Shown here: piece by piece, positions 1-6,640 of the stretch
Layout of the letters: each line of letters begins with the position of its first letter
Numbering within the stretch: the stretch's first letter is position 1
IMG/VR virus record: IMGVR_UViG_2713896737_000030
DNA length: 9,825 nucleotides
From: a virus
Lineage: Duplodnaviria > Heunggongvirae > Uroviricota > Caudoviricetes
Direction: 5' to 3' (one strand)
The notes under the pieces: generated by a model
Databases searched by the model: none
Seen by the model: only the letters and a program-made list of their open reading frames with translations
What the model was told of the DNA's origin: nothing
Position numbers and translations under genes: made by a program

Positions 1-1230
1 ATGAGCAGAGCACTTAACAAACTGAGCGATACACAGCTGAGGAAAATCAACGGCACACCCGCCCAAAAAACAGCCTTTCTTAATGACGGTGGAAACCTGA
101 GCGTCAGGCATTCAACCAGTGGCCTTTTAACCTGGTATTTCACTTACAGGGCCGGAACGGGAAGGGGGGCACCACCGGAACGCATTAAGCTGGGAAATTA
201 TCCTGATCTGAGCCTGAAATCAGCCAGGGAAAAAGCCGCCCAGTGTCGCGCATGGCTGGCAGAGGGGAAAAATCCACGTCATGAGCTTAATTACACCGTA
301 CAGGAAGCGTTAAAGCCGGTAACGGTTGGCGATGCGCTCACCTACTGGCTTGAGTCGTACGCAAAGGAAAACCGCGTGGATTATGCCGCCCTGAAAAAGC
401 GCCTTAATAATCACGTAATACAGCACATTGGTGCTATGCCGCTGGATAAATGCGAGCTACGGCACTGGCTGGCCTGTTTTGACCAGGTGGCAAAGCGAAC
501 GCCTGTTACTGCCGGATTCTTGCTACAGACGTGCAAACAGGCGCTTAAGTTCTGCCGGAGGCGGCGCTATGCAATCAGCAACGTTCTTGATGATATGAGT
601 GTGGCGGACGTTGGGAAAAAACCGGATATAAGCGAGCGTGTCTTAAGCACCAAAGAACTGGGCGAATTATTGCAGGCACTGGACAAAAAAATATTCTCCC
701 CCTACTACATCGCGTTAATCCGCCTCCTGATTGTGTTCGGATGCCGGACGGTAGAACTGAGGTTATCGGAGATCAGCGAGTGGGATTTTACCGAAATGCT
801 CTGGACCGTTCCGAAGGAGCACAGCAAAACGAAGGTAGCCATATTCCGGCCTATACCGGAAGCAATACTGCCGTTCATCACGCAGCTGGTGGAGCAGAAC
901 AGGCACACGGGCTTATTGCTGGGGGAAGTGAAACAGGAGGCCAGCGTATCGCAGTATGGAAGATTAGCGCACAGGAGGCTTAATCACCCTCACTGGTCAC
1001 TGCATGACATCCGGCGCACCTTTACAACCATGCTGAACGATTTAGGCGTTGATCCGCATGTCGTGGAGCAGCTTACAGGCCACCAGATGCCAGGAATGCA
1101 GCGAGTTTATAATCATTCCCGTTATCTGGATGCGAAACGCAATGCGCTGGATATGTGGACGGAGCGGTTAGGGATACTGGCGGGAACACATGAAAACGTA
1201 ACCACGCTACCAGTAGCCAGAAGAAAATAA
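1..1230 (+). CDS. int: Tyrosine recombinase / integrase, P4-like family (409 aa)
   Basis: Full-length ORF beginning at base 1. N-terminal arm-binding-like region (LSDTQLRKI...FLNDGGNLSVRHSTSGLLTWYFTYR) and C-terminal catalytic region with HDIRRTFTT...GHQ...YNHSRY, consistent with the R-H-R-Y tyrosine recombinase signature. No tRNA or att site is visible in the window, so the integration site must lie outside it. Confidence 0.9.
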   Translation: MSRALNKLSDTQLRKINGTPAQKTAFLNDGGNLSVRHSTSGLLTWYFTYRAGTGRGAPPERIKLGNYPDLSLKSAREKAAQCRAWLAEGKNPRHELNYTVQEALKPVTVGDALTYWLESYAKENRVDYAALKKRLNNHVIQHIGAMPLDKCELRHWLACFDQVAKRTPVTAGFLLQTCKQALKFCRRRRYAISNVLDDMSVADVGKKPDISERVLSTKELGELLQALDKKIFSPYYIALIRLLIVFGCRTVELRLSEISEWDFTEMLWTVPKEHSKTKVAIFRPIPEAILPFITQLVEQNRHTGLLLGEVKQEASVSQYGRLAHRRLNHPHWSLHDIRRTFTTMLNDLGVDPHVVEQLTGHQMPGMQRVYNHSRYLDAKRNALDMWTERLGILAGTHENVTTLPVARRK

Positions 1231-1247
1231 TTTTTTTCGTGTTTTTT

Positions 1248-1263
1248 CAGTATGCGCATACTG
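1248..1263. promoter_or_regulatory. 16-bp perfect palindrome CAGTATGCGCATACTG immediately after the int stop, preceded by T-runs
   Basis: Read directly from sequence; self-complementary. Not a canonical terminator on either strand (no U-tract following the hairpin in the transcribed sense). Possible protein-binding site. Confidence 0.35.
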
Positions 1264-1285
1264 GATATGCGAACAGATACAACGT

Positions 1286-1325
1286 GCAACAATGAGCAAC
1301 AATGTGGAACAACTACGAACAAGAG
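1286..1325 (+). repeat. Four tandem ~10-bp units (GCAACAATGA / GCAACAATGT / GGAACAACTA / CGAACAAGAG) in the int-alpA intergenic region
   Basis: Direct reading: GCAACAATG occurs at 1286-1294 and 1296-1304, followed by two degenerate units. The 10-bp period (one helical turn) suggests phased protein-binding sites. Confidence 0.5.
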
Positions 1326-1594
1326 GCGAAAAAGCGTACGGATTTATAAGTAGCTGATTTTTAATGTGTTACTGGTTTTTTATACACTAGCGAATCACTC
1401 TTTAAAGAGCGAGAAAAAAGGCATGGAACAATATTTTATGCCTTTGTATTAACATGAATTTAAAAGATTTTATTCTTACTTTTTCATTTTCTGTAAATCA
1501 TACATCCTCAGTATTTGCCATTCATCACTCTAGCGGGAACAATACGACACAATAAGACACCTGATGACTCTTTAAGAAACGAAAGGGGGCAATA

Positions 1595-1783
1595 GTGTTA
1601 AGCACTGATCGGTTTATACGTGAAAAAGAATGCGAAAAACTAACCGGCCTTAGCCGTACGTGTCGCTACCGCCTGGAAAAGGCCGGACAATTCCCATCAC
1701 GTCGTAAACTTGGCGGTCGTTCCGTTGGCTGGTCTTTATCCGAGGTTCTGGCCTGGAAGGATAGCTGCAAGGCAGTTCATTAA
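1595..1783 (+). CDS. alpA: AlpA-family phage transcriptional regulator (small HTH, excisionase-like), GTG start
   Basis: 62-aa ORF with an SD-like AGGGGG 6 nt upstream of GTG at 1595. Protein (FIREKECEKLTGLSRTCRYRLEKAGQFPSRRKLGGRSVGWSLSEVLAWK) matches the AlpA/Xis-like pattern. Lies directly downstream of int in the same orientation, as in Gram-negative PICIs and CP4-57-like islands. Confidence 0.85.
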   Translation: MLSTDRFIREKECEKLTGLSRTCRYRLEKAGQFPSRRKLGGRSVGWSLSEVLAWKDSCKAVH

Positions 1784-1929
1784 TCACGCTGGCGGCACAC
1801 AGCCGCCACACATCAATCATCTGAACACAGAGCTATAACCATGAAGATTGAATATACGCCAGAACGTGGGCGGGGATTCGTTCGCCCTGGTGAGACTGGA
1901 AAACCACAAAATTGGGGTTTTTCAGGCAT

Positions 1930-1958
1930 AAAAAAAGCGGCCCCGAAATGGAGCCGCC
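1930..1958 (-). terminator. Putative rho-independent terminator for the minus-strand two-gene module
   Basis: On the minus strand: 5-bp GC stem (GCGGC / GCCGC, + coordinates 1937-1941 / 1953-1957), 11-nt loop, then a 7-T tract (complement of the A-run at 1930-1936). About 95 nt downstream of the minus-strand ORF stop at 2053. Confidence 0.55.
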
Positions 1959-2052
1959 TTTCTGAACAGATAACCCGCTGCGCCTTATGTGTATATGATC
2001 CCAAACATAAGCACGGGGATGATAGCCGCTATCAGGCTGGTGGGCAATGCTA

Positions 2053-2226
2053 TCAGTCTGGTTCAGTTCGTTGCCATACCTGCAATGGGCGCGTTTCCCT
2101 GTACTCTTTAAGGAATTGCTCAAGGGCAAAAGCACATGGCGCGAATCTTTCTGATTCATGCTCTATCTTTCTGCGCCGTCTTTTCCGTGCCGGTGATAAT
2201 GTTTTGGTCAATTCTTTATCGGTCAT
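2053..2226 (-). CDS. Hypothetical small basic protein (57 aa from the second ATG; 62 aa if the ATG at 2241 is used)
   Basis: ORF-track entry 2053..2241 (-). The second ATG (2226) has an AGGA-type SD about 7 nt upstream, whereas the first ATG is preceded by a 7-bp hairpin (2248-2254 / 2268-2274). Contains a KRRRRK basic stretch. Rare codons (AGA, AGG, ATA) are consistent with horizontally acquired DNA. Function unknown. Confidence 0.4.
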   Translation of the reverse strand: MTDKELTKTLSPARKRRRRKIEHESERFAPCAFALEQFLKEYRETRPLQVWQRTEPD

Positions 2227-2283
2227 TGTGTTGTCCTGCATAGCAATGCGCCGTAATACCTCACACCACGGCGCTGATAGTTT

Positions 2284-2457
2284 TTATCCTTTGGGTTCTA
2301 TGCCGCGTTGCTGTAATTCTTTGCGGAGAACGCGTTTAATCCAAGTGGCTAAAGATGTGTCGCCATCGGCCTTAGCAGCTTCTTCTAGCTGCGCTCTGAA
2401 GTCTTCCGGTAATCGCATTTGGTATGGAGGCGAACGTTTTTCTAATGGTGTTGACAT
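2284..2457 (-). CDS. Arc/MetJ-type ribbon-helix-helix DNA-binding protein (57 aa); not in the ORF track because it is under 60 aa
   Basis: Manual translation of the minus strand gives MSTPLEKRSPPYQMRLPEDFRAQLEEAAKADGDTSLATWIKRVLRKELQQRGIEPKG. This has the RHH pattern (beta strand YQMRLPEDF, helix, G-x-S/T-L turn, second helix) comparable to P22 Arc and Mnt. SD-like AAGGG lies 8 nt upstream of the ATG. Confidence 0.65.
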   Translation of the reverse strand: MSTPLEKRSPPYQMRLPEDFRAQLEEAAKADGDTSLATWIKRVLRKELQQRGIEPKG

Positions 2458-2499
2458 GGTAATTACCCTTTATTGCTATACCTACATGGTAATTACCAT
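2451..2499. promoter_or_regulatory. Operator/promoter region: two copies of ACATGGTAATTACC (2454-2467, 2484-2497) spaced 30 bp, each containing the palindrome GGTAATTACC; TTGACA -35 hexamer at 2451-2456 and TGcTATACC extended -10-like at 2474-2482
   Basis: Read directly. The second copy is a perfect 14-bp palindrome, ATGGTAATTACCAT (2486-2499). The first copy overlaps the RHH start codon and SD region. Both flank a plausible + strand sigma70 promoter that faces the downstream + strand operon. Confidence 0.5.
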
Positions 2500-2587
2500 T
2501 GTACTTGCCATTACACAAAAATCAACGCCCCGCAGTGCTGGGAACACATACGGGGCGTCTAACCAACAACGTAAACTAGGAGCCGTT

Positions 2588-2785
2588 ATGGTTGCCGTAA
2601 ATCATATACCACACCTTGTACACACACAAACGGCCTTTGTGTGGCGTTTTCTGGCACTGAGTGCCGGAGAATCTCAAATCATCCACGTAACCGCCTGGAC
2701 GGAACGCGAAGCGCGTAACCGTTGCCCGTCCGGTTGTGTTGCTGTATTTGCCGCCCGTATTCGTCAGGAGGTGCGCCATGATTAA
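2588..2785 (+). CDS. Hypothetical small protein (65 aa)
   Basis: The 3' part of the long 1841..2785 ORF. ATG at 2588 has a good SD (AGGAG, 5 nt spacing). Stop overlaps the next start (ATGATTAA), suggesting translational coupling. Function unknown; small proteins at this position in such islands are often annotated Icd-like or Ash-like, but I cannot confirm that from sequence. Confidence 0.55.
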   Translation: MVAVNHIPHLVHTQTAFVWRFLALSAGESQIIHVTAWTEREARNRCPSGCVAVFAARIRQEVRHD

Positions 2786-2990
2786 TCTGTCACTTACTGA
2801 CCTTAACCGCATTCAGTTTCGTGAGAAATTCACAGGGCAGCTACTGGTCAATGTGGATAAAGGTCGCGTGGTGTGTAATTACCACTTACCAGATGAAGCA
2901 ATTGTCGCCACAAGGGAATCATTACAGGAAATCACAAAACGTGCCGGAATGATTAACACGAATATTCAGGGGATGCTTTATGCACAATAA
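2778..2990 (+). CDS. Hypothetical small protein (70 aa)
   Basis: ATG at 2778 preceded by AGGAGG (7 nt spacing). Overlaps the upstream and downstream genes in an operon-like arrangement. Confidence 0.55.
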   Translation: MINLSLTDLNRIQFREKFTGQLLVNVDKGRVVCNYHLPDEAIVATRESLQEITKRAGMINTNIQGMLYAQ

Positions 2991-3444
2991 AACCACACCG
3001 GACGCAGCCGCCGAAGCCATCAAAACGCTGATGCACGCGCTGATTGATATTTCTGTTATCGCGGACAGGGCACATAAGCACGCCACCAGCGAAACAGAAT
3101 ATGCCGGTGCTTTCGTTCCTCACTCACTGGCTGTCATGCAATTTAGTGCTGATACGGCGCTGAATGAGGCCAAAGCTATCCTGATTGCTGATTGTGAAAA
3201 TGGGGGGGTTATGCGTGATGATCGTTTTAATTCCCTGAAACAGGAATTTTCCGGCGTTCCTGATGATGCGGCTGATGCGCTTTCGTCAATGCCAGAACTT
3301 ATTAGAGCGGCTTTTTTCTTACTTTCCACGAGAGAATATAAATCAACGGGGCTTGATGTACTGAATATCGCCGCCGATTATGCGGAATATGTGGCAGAGG
3401 CGCGTTATAGAAGAAAATTTCCTGAGGATGTAAGCCATGCGTGA
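2980..3444 (+). CDS. Hypothetical protein (154 aa)
   Basis: ORF with an AGGGGA SD-like sequence. Overlaps the next gene start by 8 nt (ATG at 3437, TGA at 3442-3444). No recognisable motif. Confidence 0.7.
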   Translation: MHNKTTPDAAAEAIKTLMHALIDISVIADRAHKHATSETEYAGAFVPHSLAVMQFSADTALNEAKAILIADCENGGVMRDDRFNSLKQEFSGVPDDAADALSSMPELIRAAFFLLSTREYKSTGLDVLNIAADYAEYVAEARYRRKFPEDVSHA

Positions 3445-3670
3445 TATTTACCACCAAACAATAGACCGCGCATTTCTTGCACTTTCTCACAGTGAAAACA
3501 TGATGGAAATATTGCGCATATGGCTTGAAACACTTGGCGACAATGAACGCGACAAACAAAAATCAAGAATTGCCACGGCATTAATAACGCTTCTTGAGCC
3601 TGTAATAATGGAACTGCAAGAAATAGATCTATTGCACGACAGATATAAAGAACAGCACACCGGAGAATAA
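3437..3670 (+). CDS. Hypothetical protein (77 aa)
   Basis: Start overlaps the previous stop (translational coupling). No recognisable motif. Confidence 0.65.
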   Translation: MRDIYHQTIDRAFLALSHSENMMEILRIWLETLGDNERDKQKSRIATALITLLEPVIMELQEIDLLHDRYKEQHTGE

Positions 3671-3675
3671 AAATA

Positions 3676-3975
3676 ATGAAACTTAAATATTCTGGCTTAA
3701 CTGCCAGTGGCAACACTCACCCTAAATTTACGCGCGGTGATATTTACCGCGACCAGTACGGCGGCACGGTAATGATTAAGGGCGTGGAAGAACGGCGCGT
3801 AACCTACCGCCGTGAAGGTTACGAATATGATTGCGTGATGCCTGTTTATCAGTTCCGGCGTGATTTTTCTCTGGTACAGACCGCGCCGCATAACGTGCCC
3901 ACCAGCAACGCCAGGGCACGGGCAAACATCCAGAAGCTGAAAACCATGGTTAACGGATTCAGGGGCAAGAAATGA
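3676..3975 (+). CDS. Hypothetical protein (99 aa)
   Basis: GGAGAA SD upstream. Stop overlaps the ATG of the replication gene (ATGA at 3972-3975). Confidence 0.65.
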   Translation: MKLKYSGLTASGNTHPKFTRGDIYRDQYGGTVMIKGVEERRVTYRREGYEYDCVMPVYQFRRDFSLVQTAPHNVPTSNARARANIQKLKTMVNGFRGKK

Positions 3976-5372
3976 AAAGCGCACCGAACTTAAAAAAACA
4001 GCCTTACGACAAGATGACCGAAGTCATTATTTTTGCGGGTAGTGATGCCTGGGCACATGCGAAACAGTGGCAGGAACAGGACGGGCGACTGGCTGGCGAT
4101 AATGTGCCTCCCGTTGTGCTGGCTGATGATCAACTGGATGAACTGGCAGAACTGAGAATCATCGACGAGGGGCGCTATTGTGTCCGGCTGTACAAGGCAG
4201 GCCACATCAGGCCATCAAATATTAATGCCATTGCGCACAAGCTGGCGGCGGCGGGTGTAACTGATGCGAATTATTACCCCGAAGGGATGCACAGCCATAT
4301 GCGGGAGAACTGGCGCGAATACCTGGAACGGGTGCGCGGGAAAGAGCCGGCGGAAGAAAAAAACCACCAGCGAAAAACCACGCTACCGATGAGCGTTGGA
4401 TCTACCGGATACGACACGCAACTGGATTACGTGGTTAAGGGGATTATTCCGGCGGTATCGCTATGCAGCATATACGGGGCTAGCGGGTCCTATAAATCAT
4501 TCCTTGCCGGATCGTGGGCGTGCCATGTTGCCACTGGTCGCCAGTGGGGAGGCCGCAGGGTTGCACATGGTGCGGTTCTCTATGTGGTTGGTGAAGGCGG
4601 TATAGGTGTTCCGCGTCGTGTAAAAGCCTGGGAGGTTGTGCACGATGAGCAGGTGAAAAATCTGTATCTGGTAAACCGCCCCATCTTTCCGGCTGCCCCG
4701 CTTGATGTTGATGAAATGGTTATCGCTGCCCGTCAGGTGGAGCGGGAAACGGGTAAACCTGTACGCATGATTATTCTGGATACGCTGGCGCGTTGCTTTG
4801 GTGGGAATGATGAAAATGATTCCCGTGATATGGGGGCGTTTATCCGTGGTTGTGACGAACTGAAACGACGCACAGGGGCCACGGTGCTGGTGGTTCACCA
4901 TTCCGGCAAGGATGAGACGAAAGGCGCGCGCGGTTCCAGTGCATTTCGTGCTTCGCTGGATGCTGAATACCGGATACGCAGGGAGGACGCAGGAAGCGAA
5001 GCGCTGGTTATCTCATGCACCAAAATGAAGGACGCGGAGGAACTCAAAGAAGCCGCATATGACTTACGCGTGGTGGAGCTTTTTACCGACGCTGACGGTG
5101 AATTAATCACGTCGCTGGTGGTGGTGGATGATCCGCGCCCTCCTGTTGAACTGGAGCGCATCGAGGAGGCAGGGAACAAGACGGAAAACCATACCGCGCT
5201 ATGGGGGTGCATCCGTTCACGCACACAGAACGGCGACAAGTGCACGATCCCGCTGTTACGTGATGACATGAAAAAGCTGGGGTATGAAATGAAAAACTTC
5301 CGGCGCTGGCTGTACAAGCTGGAAAAAGATGGGGTTATTCGTATCGATGGGGATGATGTAGCGCCGCTATAA
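3972..5372 (+). CDS. Replication initiator ATPase/helicase, RepA-like RecA-fold (AAA_25-type) domain with N-terminal extension (466 aa); PICI pri/rep-like
   Basis: Walker A-like GASGSYKS, Walker B-like RMIILD, and downstream VVHHSGKD...RGSSA motifs typical of RepA/DnaB-like RecA-fold ATPases. Positioned after alpA and followed by an iteron array. Confidence 0.85.
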   Translation: MKSAPNLKKQPYDKMTEVIIFAGSDAWAHAKQWQEQDGRLAGDNVPPVVLADDQLDELAELRIIDEGRYCVRLYKAGHIRPSNINAIAHKLAAAGVTDANYYPEGMHSHMRENWREYLERVRGKEPAEEKNHQRKTTLPMSVGSTGYDTQLDYVVKGIIPAVSLCSIYGASGSYKSFLAGSWACHVATGRQWGGRRVAHGAVLYVVGEGGIGVPRRVKAWEVVHDEQVKNLYLVNRPIFPAAPLDVDEMVIAARQVERETGKPVRMIILDTLARCFGGNDENDSRDMGAFIRGCDELKRRTGATVLVVHHSGKDETKGARGSSAFRASLDAEYRIRREDAGSEALVISCTKMKDAEELKEAAYDLRVVELFTDADGELITSLVVVDDPRPPVELERIEEAGNKTENHTALWGCIRSRTQNGDKCTIPLLRDDMKKLGYEMKNFRRWLYKLEKDGVIRIDGDDVAPL

Positions 5373-5563
5373 AAGTGAGGAGCAAAAGCGAGGGGGATAG
5401 AAAGAGGGCCAAAATTAGCCCGCTCTCCCTCACTTTTCGACCTGTATACATCCTCAAAAGTGAGGGGTAAAAAAATACTTATGAAACACACACATAGAAA
5501 AACCGAAAATCCCAACTGCGACGAAGTGAGACGCTTGAAAAAGTGAGGCGAAAAAGTGAGAGG
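5372..5563. repeat. Iteron array (candidate replication origin): at least 6 copies of AAGTGAG, consensus (A)AAAGTGAGG, including one inverted copy
   Basis: Direct copies at 5373-5379, 5457-5463, 5524-5530, 5541-5547 and 5554-5560; inverted copy at 5428-5437 (CCTCACTTTT). Degenerate copies at 5385-5396 and 5401-5410. Lies immediately downstream of the rep gene. Confidence 0.65.
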
Positions 5564-5572
5564 TTGCGAGAA

Positions 5573-5824
5573 ATGACCCAAAAACGCAGAGACAGAACAG
5601 AGCCAAAATATAAAGCGTTAGACATGACTGAGCACACCTTAAAGGTGGCAATCAGAACGATAGACCGCCACACGCGGGAAGGATACGCGAAGGAACATCC
5701 CGACCTGATAAGCGCATTCATGACCACGGCGGCGGCAAACTTTGCCACGCTGACAGAACGGGAGATTGCCGAAGCGGAACAGGTAACAACCATCAACGTT
5801 AAAACCGGAGAGGTGGAATTATGA
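5573..5824 (+). CDS. Hypothetical protein (83 aa; start uncertain, alternatives at 5543 and 5620)
   Basis: ORF-track 5543..5824, but the 5543 start would lie inside the iterons. ATG at 5573 has a GAGAGG SD-like sequence upstream. Stop overlaps the ssb start (ATGA at 5821-5824). Confidence 0.5.
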   Translation: MTQKRRDRTEPKYKALDMTEHTLKVAIRTIDRHTREGYAKEHPDLISAFMTTAAANFATLTEREIAEAEQVTTINVKTGEVEL

Positions 5825-6231
5825 CGGCACAGATAGCCGCTTACGGGCGGCTGGTGGACGACCCGCAGGTAAAACAGACCAGCAAGGGCACACCGATGAC
5901 GCTGGCGCGTATGGCGGTATCTTTGCCATGCAGCCAGGCACAGGACGGACAGGCGACGTTATGGTTATCGGTCATCGCATTTGGCAAACAGGCCGGCTTC
6001 CTGGCTAAACATCAAAAAGGCGATGTTGCCAGCGTATCCGGCACGATGCAGGTAAGCCAGTGGACCGGACAGAACGGAGAAACGCGGCAGGGCTGGCAGG
6101 TTATCGCAGACAGCGTAATCAGTGCCCGCGCGGCACGTCCAGGCGGGAACAGACGCAAAACCACAGGCACACAGGGTAATCAGCCACCAGCGGGAGGCGA
6201 TGACCCTTACGGTGATGATATTTCGTTCTGA
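5821..6231 (+). CDS. ssb: Single-stranded DNA-binding protein (SSB-like OB-fold) with Gly/Gln-rich linker and acidic C-terminal tail (DDPYGDDISF)
   Basis: N-terminal region resembles E. coli SSB (RLVDDPQVK...; WLSVIAFGKQAGFLAKHQKGDVASVSGTMQVSQWTGQNGETR compared with [40 protein letters not shown]). C-terminus resembles the SSB DDDIPF tail. Confidence 0.75.
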   Translation: MTAQIAAYGRLVDDPQVKQTSKGTPMTLARMAVSLPCSQAQDGQATLWLSVIAFGKQAGFLAKHQKGDVASVSGTMQVSQWTGQNGETRQGWQVIADSVISARAARPGGNRRKTTGTQGNQPPAGGDDPYGDDISF

Positions 6232-6241
6232 GGGGGTGACG

Positions 6242-6514
6242 ATGGTACATGACCGCATAGCGGAGGAACTGGAGGCGAAAGGCTTTTACCGGAGGGCGGC
6301 GGCGCGATGGGGTGAAGTCATGCAGCTGGTGGAGACAGACAAGGAACGGCATCACATCACGATGCGACGGCTGGAATGTTCAAGGAAGGCACAGAGGGCA
6401 CCGGAGCCGCCGGATAATTTCGGAGACCTGAAAAAGGCAGTCGATCGCACTTATGCCGAAATGGGTATAGATGGTGCTGGTGATGAAATATGGCGCAATT
6501 ACCAGGACAGCTAA
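6242..6514 (+). CDS. PerC-family transcriptional regulator-like protein (90 aa)
   Basis: Start ATG 6242 with a GAGGGGG SD. N-terminus MVHDRIAEELEAKGFYRRAAARW matches the PerC/Pch signature (AExLExxGxWRRAAxRW). The longer track ORF from 6122 overlaps ssb and is rejected. Confidence 0.7.
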   Translation: MVHDRIAEELEAKGFYRRAAARWGEVMQLVETDKERHHITMRRLECSRKAQRAPEPPDNFGDLKKAVDRTYAEMGIDGAGDEIWRNYQDS

Positions 6515-6520
6515 TCAAAC

Positions 6521-6544
6521 AGCCGGAGAAATCCGGCTTTTTTT
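6521..6544 (+). terminator. Rho-independent terminator (copy 1 of a repeated hairpin)
   Basis: AGCCGGA-GAAA-TCCGGCT stem-loop (7-bp stem, GAAA tetraloop) followed by 7 Ts, directly after the PerC-like stop. Confidence 0.8.
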
Positions 6545-6640
6545 GCACCAGTTGAAACGGTATGGCGCATTACCGGGTTTTCGTCACGGTCAGGCATAGT
6601 TACTATCTGAAACAAACAGACACAACAGAGGAAAAAAACA

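Noticed and set aside
705-983. Internal ORFs (67 aa on the minus strand, 80 aa on the + strand) within the integrase gene
   Set aside because: Nested in alternative frames of a well-supported integrase CDS.
1833-2159. 108-aa minus-strand ORF and the 63-aa minus-strand ORF at 1813..2004
   Set aside because: Both span the minus-strand terminator hairpin, and their translations look like junk. The non-overlapping frame 2053..2226/2241 fits the terminator position better.
2053-2457. Confident call of the RHH and small-protein pair as a classical type II toxin-antitoxin system
   Set aside because: The putative toxin partner is only 57 aa and matches no toxin family I can recognise. The palindromic operators overlapping the replication-operon promoter fit a repressor switch at least as well. 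Reported as a candidate module rather than a named system.
1841-2785. 314-aa + strand ORF, the third-longest in the track
   Set aside because: It reads through a minus-strand terminator (1930-1958), the antisense of two minus-strand genes, and the operator/promoter region. It has no SD at 1841 and a low-complexity Cys/Ser/Arg-rich composition. Only its last 65 codons (from ATG 2588, with a good SD) look like a real gene.
5372-5563. Possible CRISPR array suggested by the repeated AAGTGAG motif
   Set aside because: Repeats are only 7-10 bp, irregularly spaced, and include an inverted copy; there are no cas genes. The pattern fits replication-origin iterons, not a CRISPR array.
4497-5581. Minus-strand ORFs of 134 aa and 228 aa antisense to the rep gene and the iterons
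   Set aside because: They lie entirely antisense to a well-supported ATPase gene and the origin repeats, with a Ser-rich low-complexity translation. Typical shadow ORFs.
6122-6514. 130-aa version of the PerC-like ORF starting at 6122
   Set aside because: It would overlap the 3' end of ssb by about 110 nt. ATG 6242 has a strong SD (GAGGGGG) and gives a protein beginning MVHDRIAEELEAKG, matching the PerC N-terminus.
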